Numbered from the stretch's first letter, positions 1-13,659 are shown. The stretch is 64,000 nucleotides of DNA from Chiloscyllium plagiosum (GCF_004010195.1 NC_057718.1:72990854-73054853); one strand, 5' to 3'. A program made the numbers and translations. Notes: generated by a model not told the origin, from the letters alone.

Positions 1-106
1 AAATAGAAAGTGGGTCACTGGAGGCTCATTGATGATGTTAGCCAGGATGGTGATGAAACGTCTGAAAACAAACCTTCCAGCTCAGTGAGCAAACTTACAT
101 CCAGGA
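1..106 (+). mobile_element. Penelope-like element terminal (pLTR) fragment with degenerate minimal hammerhead motif at 29-62
   Basis: Homologous to the arms of the 35776-36188 element; contains tTGATGA-tgttagccaggatggtgat-GAAA-CG-TC. Confidence 0.75.
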
Positions 107-227
107 CTTCCAGTAGCAAGGTACTCTCTGGCATCTTACTCTTTACCTCTCCACAAGCTTCTTCAAGCAGGAATTATCCTCACCTCCACAGTGTTTGATG
201 ATTAATCCAGAAATCTTCAAATTAGAT

Positions 228-335
228 TGCCAGTCTAGTCTAATTTCTGCCTCACTCCCTGCACCCTTTAATATCCTACCCAGTCTAACCTCTCTTTCCC
301 TCTCGCTCCCTGCACCCTTTAATATCCCACCCAGT
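228..335. repeat. Two-copy tandem duplication, unit about 53 bp
   Basis: ctc(a/g)ctccctgcaccctttaatatcc(t/c)acccagt occurs twice in succession. Confidence 0.8.
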
Positions 336-349
336 GGGATATGATCTCC

Positions 350-2190
350 CAACGAATATAATCCTAACTAATTCACCCTCTCCTCATACATAAATCCTGC
401 CATCCCAGGAATTAGACTGGTAAACTTTCACTGCACTCCCTCTGTGGCAAAAATGACCTTCCTCTGATAGGGAGACCAAACCTGCCCACAATATTTCAGA
501 TGTGGTCTCACCAAGGCTCTTTATAATCGCAGTAAGTCATCTCTGCTCCTGTACTCAAATCCTCTCACTATGAGCATACTATTTATGGTATTTATAAGCA
601 TATGCCAACATTGCCATTTGTCTTCTTTACTGTCTGCTCCACTTGCATGTATGTATGTATGAGAGCACCCAGGACTCCTTGCACGTTTTCCCCTCAATTT
701 GTAGCTGTTAAGATCATAATCTGCCTTCCTGTTTTTGCTACCAAAATGGTAACCTCATATTTATCCAATTTTACTGCATCTGCCAGACATCTGCCCACTC
801 ATTCGACTTGTCCAAATCACACTGAAGCATCTCTGTATCCTCCTTACAGTTTACCTTCCCACCAGCTTTGAGCTATCCGCAAGTTTGGAGATATTACCTT
901 TAGTTTCCACATCTAAATCAGTAAGACATGTGATAAAAGCTGGGGTCTTAGCACAGATCCCTGCACACCACTAGTCACTGTTTGCCATTTGGAAAATAAT
1001 CATTCCTACTCTGTTTCCTGTCTGCCAACCATTATTTTTTATCCATTTCAATACGCTACTCTCCATTCCCATGCACTTTAATTATACACAATACTTTCTT
1101 GTGTCGGACTTTGACAAAAGCCTTTTTGAAGCCCAAATAAAGTACATCCACTGGCTCCATCTCACTAACTCTACGAGTTGCATCCTTGAAGAATTGCAGT
1201 AGATTTGTCAGCATGACCTCCCTTCAGTAAATCCATGCTGACTCTGTCTGGACTTGCCATTGTTTTAAAGTCCTTTGCCATTAAATCTTTTCCAATCAAC
1301 TCGACAATTTTCACCACAATTTTTAGGCAGACTGCTCTATAGTTTTGTATTCTCTCTATCTCCCTCCTTAACTAGAGGGGTTACATGAGCTACTCTCTAA
1401 TCTGTAGGAACTGTTCCACAATCTAAAGAATCTTGGAAAATGACCGCCAATATATCCACAATTTCTAAGGCCACTTCCCTAAGTACTTTGGGATGTTGAT
1501 TATCAAGCCCTGGGAATTTATTGGCCTTTAGTTTCCCCAGCACAATTTCTCCACCATGCTGATTTCCTTCAGTTCCACCCTCTCACTAAACCTGTGTTCC
1601 CCAACATTTCTGGTATGTTATTTGTATATGCAGAACTAAAGTATGTATTTAGTTAGTCAGCCATTTCTTTGTATCCCATTATAACTTCCCTTGTTTCTTC
1701 CTTTAAGAATCCCACTGGTTTCTTCACTGATTTTTGTTCTCTTCACACATCTATAGAAACTTTTATTCAGTTTTTATGTTCCCTACAAGCTTACGCTTGT
1801 ATTCTATTTTCCTTTTCTTATTCAATCCCTTTGTCCTCCTTGGCTGAATCTTAAACTACTCCCACTCGTCAGGTCTGATTTATTTTCTGGCCAATTTGTA
1901 TGCTTCTTTTTTGTCTCTAATTTCCCTTGTAAGTCATGGTTTGGCTATCTTTCCCATTTTACTTTTGCACCAGTCAGGAATGAACCATTGTATTTTGCCA
2001 ATATGCTGTTTGAATGTTTACCATTGAATTTCCACTGTCACCCTTTTAAGTAACCTTCCCCAATCAGTCACAGCCAACCTGTGCCTCATACCATCATAGT
2101 ATCCTTACTTTCGGTTCAGGACTCTAGTTCCAGAATCAACTATGTCCTTCTTCATCCTGATGATGAATTCCATCTTTGTTCACTCATCAC
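350..2190 (-). mobile_element. Decayed CR1 LINE ORF2 fragment
   Basis: Reverse complement carries CR1 RT-type sequence homologous to the other CR1 copies in the window; many stops and indels. Confidence 0.8.
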
Positions 2191-2199
2191 ACAAGAGGA

Positions 2200-2572
2200 A
2201 AACACTTTGAGATGCTGTGAAGATTTAGTGGTGATAAGTAAGTCAGGAGTGTGTAGGGCACAGCTGTTTCCTTAGTTGAGAGGTCAATCACAAGGGGGCG
2301 TAGTTTTGTGCTAAGGGGCAGGAGATTCGGAGGGGATTTGAGAAAAACATTTTGCACTCAGAGGGAGATGGGAATCTGGAATGCATTGCGTGGGAAGGTA
2401 GTGGAGGCTGGAAACCTTACAATCTTTAAAAAAAATGTTTGGATGAGCTCTTAAAATATCATAACATTCAAGAATATGGAACAAGTGCAGGAAATTGGGA
2501 TCAGCGCACTTTTAGCAGTAGTTGTGTTGAAGCAGATTTGATGGGCCGAAGGGCCTTTTCTGCACTCTATGA
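2200..2572 (+). mobile_element. CR1 LINE 3' end
   Basis: ORF2 C-terminal TRGH/FFTQRV-like sequence followed by the tail gatgggccgaagggcct...ctctatgact. Confidence 0.8.
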
Positions 2573-3334
2573 CTTTATAAATGCAAGGTCTTTTTTTGAT
2601 TCCTTGTCTCGTAGACCTTTTATCTTCACTGAAGCAGACAAATCCAGGTTTCAGATAATTTATTAATTTCACTCTTAAGACGATGATACTCTTTGGACAA
2701 GAATAGAGAAGACTTGTGGCTGAGTACCATGTCTAAACAGTAACTTGTTAAAGTAAATGGAGGATAGAGGTCAGGGTGATAGTTGACCAGACTGAGCTCA
2801 TCTTTCTGTAGATTGTGTGACTCAACCATGAATGTATAAACCTTCCTTTACTTGATGGTTCCCAGTGTTTTACGTAATCGAGCTGTCTGATTACTATATC
2901 TGTCACTGATGAATGAGCATGCTAAACACAGAATGAGGAGCTCAGCTTGGTTGTATCCCAAGGCAGTTTCACTCTTTGCTCTTCATCCCTCAGCACAGAT
3001 TTATTTCTTCCTCATCTCTCATGAAGGTGCTGACTGCTACAGTTCCAAAGACAAGTTTCCAATTTTAAATGAATGCTATTGAGTGTGAGGCCAGTGAGTA
3101 TCGATAGGCTGTTTTTGGGTCTTTGTGCACATGTATATGTATCGACATGCACACAGAGATACTCTGGTCCTGATGAATCCTGATTAGCATTCCCCTTTGT
3201 TAATTTAAATGCTGAGATCTGCACTACAGCCCATGCTGAGTTCAGCCAGCTCCACACCAAGAACAAGCAGGTCCTGGTACTCTGAAGCCTGCTACCTACT
3301 GGGAAAGTGTGAGCCAGTGTTGTTTAAAAGCATT

Positions 3335-3787
3335 ACATTACTTCACAAATATGGTGCATCACACAACACATCTTTTTTAAATTCCATGGCAGCCCTTGTT
3401 GAGTTATTTGGACATAGATCTGCCTGCTATCTTAACCAGGATGGTTAGGTTTGCTAAGCCCTGGGCCTGGGGCGGGGGAGACTCCTGAGTTAATATGGGT
3501 ATATATACAACCCTCCCGTTTTTGTCTGGGAGCTTTGTGCTGAGCATTGTTATTTTGTGTTCTTGTGTGTTCTTCCGTTGTTTTTTTTTGATTTATTAGT
3601 CACTTACTTACTTATTGGTGTTGCTTTGCACAGTGTTTGGTTTTGTTTTGTATTATAGGGTAGGTTAGTAGTTAGTAGGCAGTATTGTATTGTAAGTTGC
3701 GTTTTTTAAATTTCACTGGTATTTGTTATATTTTCAATAACTTTACATTTTTGTTTTGCTAATAAATATATTTGTTTAAAAAAAAAG
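3335..3787 (+). mobile_element. Probable L1/Tx1-type LINE 3' end
   Basis: Reads ...PWQPLLSYLD..., like fish-type L1 ORF2 ends; then a T-rich UTR, AATAAA at 3761 and a poly-A run. Confidence 0.55.
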
Positions 3788-4950
3788 GCAGTCAGCATGG
3801 CTTTGAGGGGCAGGTCGTGCCTCACAAATCTTATTGAGTTCTTTGAGGTGACGAGACAGGTTGACGAAGGTCGAGCAGTGGATGTGGTGTTTATGGACTT
3901 CAGCAAGGCATCTGATAAGGTTCCTCCTGGTAGGCTCATTCATAAAGTCAGGAGGCATGGGATACAGGGGGATTTGGCTATCTGGATTCAGAATTGGTTG
4001 GCTGACAGAAAGCAGAAAGTGGTTGTAGATGGAAAGTATTCTGCCTGGAGGTGAGCGGTGTCCCGTAGGGCTCTGTTCTTGGGCCTCTGCTCTTTGTAGC
4101 TTTTATAAATGACTTGAATGAGGGAGGTTGAGGGGTGGGTTCGTAAATTTGCCGATGATAGTATAGAAGGCTATTGCAGGTTGCAACGCGATATAGACAG
4201 GATGCAGATCTGGGCTGAGAAATGGCAGATGGAATTCAACCTGGAAAAATGCAAAGTGATGCATTTTGAAAGGTCGAACTTGAATGCTGAATACAGGATG
4301 AAAGACAGGATTCTTGGCAGTGTGAAGGAACAGAGGGATCTTGGTGTTCAAATGCATAGATCCCTCAAAGTTGCCATCCATGTGGATAGGTTTTTAAGAA
4401 AGCATATGGTGTTTTAGCTTTCATTAACAGGAGGATCAAGTTTAAGAGCTGTGAAGTTTTGCTGCAGCTCTACAAGACCCTGGTGAGACCACGCTTGGAA
4501 TATTATATTCAGTTCTGTTTGCCCTATTACAGGAAAGATACTGAAGCTCTGGAGAGGGTGCAAAGAAGGTTTACCAGGATGCTGCCTGGACTGGAGGGCT
4601 TGTTTTATGAAGAGAGGTTGACTAAGTGCGGACTTTTCTCACTGGAGAGGAGGAACTTTATTGAGGTATACAAGATAATGAGAAGCATGGATAGAGTCAA
4701 TAGCCAGACACTTTTCCCCAGGGCAGGATTGACTAGCATGAGGGGGTCATAGTTTGAAGTTATGAGGAGGGGGGTATAGAGGAGACGTCAGAGGTAGGTT
4801 CTTCATGCAGAGAGTTCATGCATTGACAGCAGTGAATCGAGGGGGGCATAGGTTAGGTTATTCTATTTTAGATTAGAAATAATCCGCGGCACAACATCGT
4901 AGGCCAAAGGGCCTGTTCTATGCTGTACTTTCCTATATTCTATGTTCTAT
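3788..4950 (+). mobile_element. 5'-truncated CR1 LINE (RT to 3' tail)
   Basis: ORF track: [44 protein letters not shown]. Ends in a (ttcta)-like tail. Confidence 0.95.
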
Positions 4951-5689
4951 TACTATTTCAATGACAATCACTATGTCACTGCCTCCACTAAACAAGTAAT
5001 GAAATGTATTCACTGTTGTAGCATATCTGTATTCTACAGATCCCTTAGCAAATAGGAACCAATAAGCAAGTAGATCAATGCAAAGATGACAGAATAATTG
5101 ACAGGATGTGTTCAATTACCCGAAATAAACTAGCAAGACAAAAAGGGGTAAAAGGAAAATGTAAATTGAGCTTTCACCATTTGTCAGGGCTCTTCTCAGC
5201 CAGTAACTAAGTAGGGAATCACTGTTAAAAAATGAACTACAGCAAGAGACAGGCAAGAGAAGGAGATTATTTAGGTAATTGTGATCACAACATAATCAGG
5301 TTTAAGTCTGATTGAAGGGAAAACAAATAAAAATAAATCAATTGGTTAAAAAAGCAAAGTCGAGTGAATGAAAGAGGCAGAATAACCAGAGGGGAAGAAA
5401 AGGCAGATTAGACAGCAAACGTCTTAAAGAACAGTGTGTCCATGACCATTATATTCTCCACAAAAGCAAGGACAAACTAGGTGATAATGAAACAGTTAAT
5501 TAAGGAATAAAAGGGTAAAACCAAAACTAAGAAAGTTCATAATATATATATAAACAAAAGAAATGGCAAGAGTCAGCACTAAAAGGTTAAAAATAATAAA
5601 GAATTATGAAATTAACTCAGTTTAAAAAGTACATTAACAAAAGCAAAATCAAGTTAGATCCATCACAAAGGGGTGTGCAAGATCATCTC

Positions 5690-7232
5690 TAGAGTCAGAG
5701 TTGTACAGCATGGAAACAGACCCTTCGGTCCAACCCATCCACGTTAACCAGATATTCCAACCCAATCTAGTCCCACCTGGACCATATCCCTCCACACCCT
5801 TCCTATTCATATACCCATCCAAATGCCTCTGAAATGTTGCAATTGTACCAGCCTCCACCACATTCTCTGGCAGCTCATTCCATACACATACCACCCTCTG
5901 CGTGAAAAAGTTGCCCCTCAGATCTCTCTTATATCTTTCCCCTCTCACCCCTAAACCTATGCCCTCTAGCTCTGGACTCCCCGACCCCAGGGAAAAGACT
6001 TTGTCTATTTATCCTATCCATGCCCCTCAATTTTGTAAACCTCTAGGTGGTCACCCCTCAGCCTCCGACACTCCACGGAAAACAGCCCCAGCCCTCTCCC
6101 TGTAGCTCAGATCCTCCAACCTTGGCAACATTCTTGTAAATCTTTTCTGAACGCTTTCAAGTTTCACAACATCTTTGATAGGAAGGAGACCAGAATTGCA
6201 CACAATATTCCAACAGTGGCCTAACCTATGTCCTGTACAGCCGCAACATGACCTCCCAACTCCTGTACTCAATACTCTGGCCAATAAAGGAAAGCATACC
6301 AAACGCCTTCTTCGCTATCCGATCTACCCACAACTCCACTTTTAAGGAGCTATGAACTTGCACTCCAAGATCTCTTTGTTCAGCAACATTCCCTAGGATC
6401 TTACCATTAAGTGTATAAGTCCTGCTAAGATTTGCTTTCCTAAAATGCAGCACCTCGCATTTATCTGAATTAAACTCCATCTGCCACTTCTCAGCCCACC
6501 GGCCCATCTGGTCCAGATCCTGTTGTAATCTTAGGTAATCCTCTTCACTGTCCACTACACCTCCAATTTTGGCGTCATCTGCAAACTTACTAACTGTACC
6601 TCTTATGCTCGCATCCAAATCATTTATGTAAATGACAAAAAGTAGAGGGCCCAGCACCGATCCTTATGGCACTCTTTTAGATTAGATTACTTAGTGTGGA
6701 AACAGGCCCTTCAGCCCTATAAGTCCACACCGACACGCCAAAGCACACCCACCCAGACCCAGTCCCCTACACCTAACACTACAGGCAATTTAGTGTGGTC
6801 AATTCACCTAACCTGCACGTTTTTGGACTGTAGGAGGAAACCAGAGCACCCGGAGAAAACCCACGCAGACATAGGGAGAATGTGCAAACTCCATACAGTC
6901 CATACCCGAGGCGGGAATTGAGGCACTGTGAGGCAGCAGTGCTAACCACTGTGCCATCCACTGGTCATAGGCCAGTGTGAAAAACAACCCTCCACCACCA
7001 CCCTCTGTCTTCTACCTTTGAGCCAGTTCTGTATCCAAATGGCTAGTTCTCCCTGTATTTCATGAGATCTAACCTTGCTAATCAGTCTCCCGATGAAGAA
7101 CCTTGTCGAGCGCCTTACTGAAGTCCATATAGGTCACATCTACTGCCATACCCTCAATCTTCTTTGTTACTTCTTCAAAAAACTTGAGACATGATTTCCC
7201 ACGCACAAAGCCATGTTGACTATTCTGAATCA
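5690..7232 (-). mobile_element. 5'-truncated CR1 LINE interrupted by a SINE
   Basis: ORF 6226-6657 LGPLLFVIYINDL...KFADD...WQMEFN; 3' tail at about 5690-5740. Confidence 0.95.
6677..6957 (-). mobile_element. HE1-like V-SINE
   Basis: tRNA-like head, V-domain tgtatggagtttgcac...tcctcctacagtcc, CR1-like tail, (TCTAA)n end. Confidence 0.93.
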
Positions 7233-7337
7233 GAAGTGACAGGAATATTCACAAACTTTGCCTCAGTAATTAGTGTTCTACATGGCATGAGAAGTGATCA
7301 GAATTGATATAAATCCATTTAGCATAGCAAAAGGTAG

Positions 7338-7635
7338 GATAGAATCATAGAATCCCCACTGTGGAAACAGGTCATTCGGCCCAATGGGTCCACACCGGCA
7401 CTCCAAATAGCATCCCACCCAGACCTGTTCTGCTCCCTATCCTTGCATTTCTAATGGCTAACCCACCTAGCCTGCACATCTCTGAACACTATGGGCAATC
7501 TAGCATGGTCAATCCACCCAACTTGCACATCTTTGGACTGTGGGAGGAAACCAGAGCAGCCAGCAGAAATCCACACAAACGCCCAATCATAGAATTGAAC
7601 CCAGGTCCCTAATGTTGAGGGGCAGTAGCATAATA
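7338..7635 (-). mobile_element. Older HE1-like V-SINE subfamily copy
   Basis: Same V-domain and tail architecture, with a (ttctat/gattctat) tail; diverged. Confidence 0.85.
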
Positions 7636-7814
7636 GAGTCACATGCTCATGAATATTACAGGTACAAATCTTTGAATTCAGAAAGCTTGTGTTTACATAT
7701 ATTAAAATAAACTGTAGAACACAATATTAACTAGAGCCAGTGCAAAGAATTTCAAAAGGTTTGACCAAACTTTTGTGACTTCAAAGGATCCAGTAAAGGA
7801 TTAGCAAGAGTACT

Positions 7815-8345
7815 AGAGCAGATACTATATATTTACATGTTTAAAAAGGTCTCCAAGAAAATACAACATAGCAGATTCATCACTTAAGACAGAACATGTG
7901 GAATCAGTGAACAAATAGAATGGACACAAAGTAGAGGTGACAGGCAATTATTTAGACTGGCAAAAGGTGGAAAGTGACCCTCAACAAGAATCAGCCCGAG
8001 GAACACTGTTCACCATTTGTATCAACACATTTGAGGTTGTAGTTCCAATAACAAGGTCTAAATGAATGAATGACAAATTACTGTGTAAATATTGAAAGAG
8101 TGACAAATAGAAATTTTATTAAACTCATATCACACACTTGCAAGTAACAGAATAATTTTAATATGGTAAGTCTGGTGATACGATTTGGAAAGGTACATCC
8201 TACTTGGCAAATGAGAATCTATGGAACATAAAAATTTAGGACAGTGAATCGCTATTCCTAGGAAAATTGGATTGAGTTTAAGGCTGAAATAACCAATATG
8301 GTTTGATTTTAAAAATATGAAAGCTATGTTGAACTAGATAATAAT
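7815..8345 (+). mobile_element. Very old CR1 RT remnant
   Basis: Faint similarity to the YMDFxKAFDKVPH region and downstream RT segments. Confidence 0.45.
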
Positions 8346-9168
8346 CAGAACTGATAGGCAACATTGAGGATAATTTCTACAAATAAAAGAATGCTGAGTG
8401 ACTTGACAGTGATGGGATCACATCTCATTTGAAGGGAAATTCAATAAAAGTACAAGGGAGACAGAGGATTAGAAGTGTGTGCTGATGGTATTATTACACA
8501 AGGATTGGATGAGGGTCATACATATATATGTCAGCTGGGTGAAATGGTCTATTTCTACACGTTCAATGTAATTCCATGCAAACATCCTTTTGGAAATTCT
8601 CTTCAATTTTCAAATTCTGACTAGCATTTTTAATTAGCCAAATGCTTCATTTTTCTTATGAACATGTAACGGAATGAAATTAAACTAACATTGTAGGCCA
8701 GTTTTCATTCATTCCATGTGTTTTAACGAGATTACCCCTCTCACGTCTAGATTCTTGGAAATACATAATCTACCCTCACAGATACTCCATGTTTTACCTC
8801 ACAAAGGCCATGCACAATTGTAGCAAGATTTCTTTACTCTTCATAGTTCAATCCAATTGTAACAAAAGTCAATAAATTATTCTGTAATGCCTGCACATAA
8901 ACTTCTCAAGATACACGTACTTTATTTGCAAACACTCAATTTCAAATTCTGGATGATTAAAACAAAAAGCATTTTATTTTCTTGACTTCATAAGTGCAAA
9001 ACTCTCAAAACAAAAACACACAAGTACTACAAAGCGAGCTGTCAGAAGTAAACTATTTGATGGCAAGCTAACTGCTTTTAACCAAGTAAACTACATCACA
9101 ATGAACAATTTAGAGAAAGCATAGTGTATACTAAGATTAGCAGTAATCTTATTTGACAGATATCCTAC

Positions 9169-9304
9169 CTTTCTCCTGCTCCATTGGCTGCTGGAAGAAA
9201 ATGCTTTCAAGTACAGAGCTCTTCCAAATGCTACCCTCCTGGGCAAGTACAGACAACATTTGAAGTTCTAGATTCCCATATTCTGACAGTATTTTATGGG
9301 CTGC
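9169..9304 (-). CDS. ZNF292: ZNF292 internal coding exon (136 nt, equivalent to human exon 4)
   Basis: Minus strand: acceptor ttattttccAG|GCA, donor AAG|GTAGGA. Encodes AAHKILSEYGNLELQMLSVLAQEGSIWKSSVLESIFFQQPMEQEK + 1 nt, matching recalled human VAHEKLMENGSCELHFLATLAQETGVWKNPVLCTILSQEPLDKDK. In frame with the 79-nt exon. Confidence 0.92.
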
Positions 9305-9499
9305 CTGGAAAATAATCCATAATAAATTAATTTTATCCCAAACAATCAGTCATTACAATATAGAAAGAAACCACTGGAACCATCAGGTCCACGAAGAGTG
9401 ACAGGACTTTTCAGGGATAAAGATGTATGTATAAACCAAAGGAGGAGAAAATATACATCTTTAAAAGGTGACAGGAAAAATTTATAAGATGGTTGAAAA

Positions 9500-9720
9500 A
9501 CTAATGGTTTACTTCGGTTTTCAAATATAAGAGTAGAGTACAAAGGCAAAAAGAGAATGTTAAAACTTTAAAATCACAGGTTAGACCTCATTAGGTGCAG
9601 AGAAGGTTCACTAGGATGCTATTAATGATGAGGGGCTTTACTAAAGAAATGCTGGAAAAGTTTGGACTGTCTTGGATCAGAAAAAGGTCAGAGAGAACCT
9701 GATGGGAACTTCAAAATCCA
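9500..9720 (+). mobile_element. Old CR1 ORF2 C-terminal remnant
   Basis: gtgcagagaaggttcactaggatg = VQRRFTRM motif. Confidence 0.65.
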
Positions 9721-9749
9721 GCTTAACGTTTTGTGATGAAGCCTTAAGA

Positions 9750-11700
9750 CTCAAGACCATAAGACATAGCAGCAGAACTTAGGCCATTCGGCCCATCGAG
9801 TTTGCTCCATCATTCAATCATGGTTGATAAGATTTTTCAACTGCATTCTCCTGCTATTTCCCATAACCTTAGACTCCCTTGACAATCAAGAACCTATCTC
9901 TGTTTTAAATATGCTCAATGACCTAGCCTCCACAGCCTTCTGTGGCAATGAATGCCACAGATTCACCACTCTCTGGCTGAAGAAGTTTCTCCTCATCTCC
10001 TTTCTAAAGGGTATTCTCTTTACTCTAAAGCTGTGCCCTCTGGTCCTCATCTCTCTTGCCAATAGAAACATCTTCCCAACCTCCACTTTGTCCAGCTGTA
10101 CAGTATTCTGTAAGTTTCAATGAGATTCCATCCCACCCCCACCCCCACACCCCCCATCCCCTCTTTCTCAACTTCATCAAGTATAGTCTCAGAGTCCTCA
10201 AACACTCCTGATATGTTAAGCCTTTCATTCCTAGGATCATTCTTGTAAAGTTCCTCTGGACCCACTCCAGGACCAGTACGTCGTTTCAGAGGTATGGGGC
10301 CCAAACACACTCACATTATACTAAATGCGGTCTGACCACAACTTTATAAATAAGTACATTCCTGCTTTTATATTCTAGTCCTCTAAAGATGAATGACAAC
10401 ATTGTATTTGCCTCCCTAACTACCGACTCAAGCTGCAAGAGAAACCTGGACTAGGACTCAAGTTTCTTTGCACTTCAGATTTCAGAATTTTCTCCCCATT
10501 TAGAATACAGTCCATGCCACTATTCCTCTTACCAAAACGCATGACCTCACGCTTTCCCACGTTGCATTCTATCTGCCACTTTTTCGCCCACTCCTAGATC
10601 TTTCTGCAGCCTCCCTGCCTCCTCAATGCTACCTGTCCCTCTACCGGTCTTAGTACCATCTGAATACTTAGCCATAATGCATTCAGGTCCTTCATCCAGA
10701 CTATTAGGGTATTAAATGAAAAACTGTGATCTCAAAACTGACCCTTGTGGAATACCATTGGTCACCTGCCATCCTGAGAAGGACCCTTTTCTCCACACAC
10801 TGACTTCTGCCAGACAGCCAATCTTCTATCCATGCTAGTACCTTGCCTCTACAGCATGGATCCTGATCTTACTCAGCAGCCTTCTGTGCAACACCTTATC
10901 AAAAGGTCTTCTGGAAGTCCAGATAGATAACATCCATTGGCTCTCCTTGATCTAACCTGCTCATTACCTCCAAGAATTCTAACAAATTTGTCAGGCAGGA
11001 CCTCCCCCTGATGAAACCATGCTGACCTTGCACTATTCTACTACGTGCTTCCAAGTAATCAGAAATCTCATCCTTCACAACATACTCCAGAATCTTACAA
11101 AATGACCAAGGTCTGGTTAATCGGCCTATAATTTCCCATCTTTGCCTTATTCCCTTCTTAAACCGGGGGTCACATTAGCGATTTTCCAGTCTTCTAGGAC
11201 CCTTCCTGACTCAAGTAATTCCTGAAAGATCACCACTAAAGCCTACACTATCTCTTCAGCTACCTCCTTCAAAACTCTGGGGTGTAGCCCATTTGATCCA
11301 GGTGGTTTATCCAGCTTCAGGCCATTCAGTTTTTCTAGCACCTTCTCCTTGGCAATGGCATACTCTTCAACGTTCTTGAATTTGAGATATTACTAATGTC
11401 TTCTGCCGTGAAGACTGTGCAAAGTACTTATTCAGTTCCCCACTACGACTTCTCCAGTGGCCTGATGTCCACTTTTGCCTCTCTTGCCCTTCTATATATC
11501 TAAAGAAACGTTTGCAATTTGTTATAGTCCTGACTAGCTTACCCTCATATTTAATCTTCCCCCTCCTCCTTTCTTTTATCGCTGTCCTCTGTTGGTCTTT
11601 GTAGGTTTCCCACTACCCTTCGCCGCATTATAAGCTTCATTTTTTGCTTTTGTGTGGTCCCTGAATTCCCTTGTCAGCCATGGTTGCTTCATCCTCCTGT
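9750..11700 (-). mobile_element. CR1 LINE, 5'-truncated
   Basis: ORF track: TRGHSFRV...RRNFFSQRVVNLWHSLPQ; RT motifs further right; 3' tail at about 9750-9800. Confidence 0.92.
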
Positions 11701-12612
11701 CCTGGCTGCAGGGACACAATAAATCAGTGAAATAAACCAGCAGGGATTTGTAGAAATGCCAAGGCCAGGCCCTTATGATGTCAATAGTGGAAGGAAAACA
11801 TCTTAAGGCCCATCAGTCTGTAGTGACAAAGTGAAGTCTTAGTTTAGAATTATTTAAAATAAATTCAAAGCCTTTCAATTGTTTTTATAAGTTTACATAA
11901 CTATATTGTGACAATTAAAAATGAGAAATCATTATGTGAATTGTGAAGGTACTTATCAAAAATGATAAAGTTCATTTGGTCTCCGAATGCATTTTGTTTT
12001 TGTGCGAGTTTGCTGAATGGATTAGAAGTGGCCAATCATTCCCAAATGCATTAAATTCAGTGTATTGACAATTCTTTCATGCAGAAGGGATCAACAATGG
12101 GCAAGTGCTAGTTAATAACTAGGGTGATAGCATGCGAGGCAGTGGTAGTTTACATGGGGAGAAGATGAGTTTTCAGCAAGTTTACTGTGAGGCTTTCACA
12201 AAATAGCTTCTGTTGCTCATTACTTTCAAACTCATGCCTGTAATTGAGAGTGCATCCTAAAATAAATTTCAAGGGTAGGGTATCTAGCCAAAATTGACAA
12301 AAGCCTGTCAGTGCCAGGGGGTACTCATGCACAGTTCCAGGCATTTTACCTCTGTCAATTGAAAGAGGAAACTCCCCTCGCAAATATCTTGTATAATGGT
12401 TTTAGCTCCCTTGATTTCTACACACCCAACGCCGGTGAAAGTCTGAACACTCATCACTAATTCCATCAGATGATCAGGCCAATCCCTCTAGCGAGTGGGT
12501 CAATATAGGCCACGGATCCAAATATAGTCAAGTCCCAATGGAGGAGAAGAAACCATTTCAAAAGTTTCAGCAATGTGGAATTTACTTGCAAAAAAAAAAA
12601 AATGGAGGAAGC

Positions 12613-12948
12613 GTGGCCACTAGGTCCGTTTGCTCACTTGGCTGGCCAGCTAGGTTTGTGATGCAAAGTGATGCAAAAGCATCATAAAAAAATTCAGAGA
12701 CCAAATGAACTTTATCATTTTTTTTCCTAACTTCTTTTGCAATTCACATCACCGATCTCTCATTTTTACTTGTGTCTAAGTTATATAAGCTCAAAAGTTT
12801 AATTCCTGCGCCAGTTGAGGTTACGATGAAGGACTGTCTTCTCAATCTCTTCCTTTGCCTTAAGTGTGATGACCCTCAGATTAAAGTACCCATGTCATCT
12901 CTCTCAAATCCGAACAGTCTGATAAGACTATCATGGCTTTACTCTTAG
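12613..12948 (+). mobile_element. Old tRNA-type SINE of a second family, split by an insertion at about 12685-12796
   Basis: Head ...ttggctggccagctaggtttgtgatgcaaagtgatgc... resumes after the insert at gtttaattcctg (B-box-like); recognised as a common shark interspersed repeat. Confidence 0.55.
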
Positions 12949-13009
12949 CCACTATAGCTTCAGTCAAAGTTTCTACTTCACATGGCATTTTCAGCCTATT
13001 CCACTGTCC

Positions 13010-13512
13010 TGGTCCTTGTGAAATACAACCTCTAGGATGTAAATGCATTAGAGGTAGTTTACTGAGGTGGTTACCTGGAATGAGCAGGTTGTCTTATAAG
13101 ATAGATTGCACAGGCTCAGCTTGGTTTCACTGCAAGTTACAAGAATGAGGGATGACTTGATTGAAATATATAATCCTGTATGCCCTTGACAAAGTGGATG
13201 TGGAAATGATGTTTTCTCTTCTGGGTCAGTCCAGAACCAGGTAGATGGGGCAGGGAACAATTTTTAAGAACTAAGGTTGCCCTTTCAGGGCAGATATGAT
13301 AATTGTGCAACTTTGGAACTCTGACTCAGGTGGTGAAAGTGGAATAATTAAATATTTTAAAAGGTTAGACAGATTCTTGTTAAGCAACAGAATCAAAGGT
13401 TATCAGTAGATGGGAATGTAAAATTTGAAATACATATCAGCCATGATCTTATTGAATGTGGAGTTAGCTCCATGGCTCATGGTCTACTTCTGTTTCTATG
13501 TTCGTATGTTCT
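13010..13512 (+). mobile_element. CR1 LINE 3' end, decayed
   Basis: agaggtagtttactgagg...gaatgagggatgacttgattgaaa... followed by tail ttctatgttcgtatgttct. Confidence 0.75.
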
Positions 13513-13659
13513 ACTTGTTTGTCCTGTACTTGAAGGTACGGGAGAAGAAAGAAAAAAATTTCCATTTATAGACATTTAATCCACTTCCTATATGTATATT
13601 AAGGAAAATGCTTAATAGTAGATAAAAAACGATAGCAACTGGGGTCACTAACTCAATTC

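Noticed and set aside
1..9168. ZNF292 exon 5 (and exon 2 in 34053-64000)
   Set aside because: I could not find sequence encoding the expected peptides; these exons probably lie outside the window.
12440..12605. Short open frame ending at an A-run, as a processed pseudogene
   Set aside because: No recognisable protein similarity, polyA signal or TSD.
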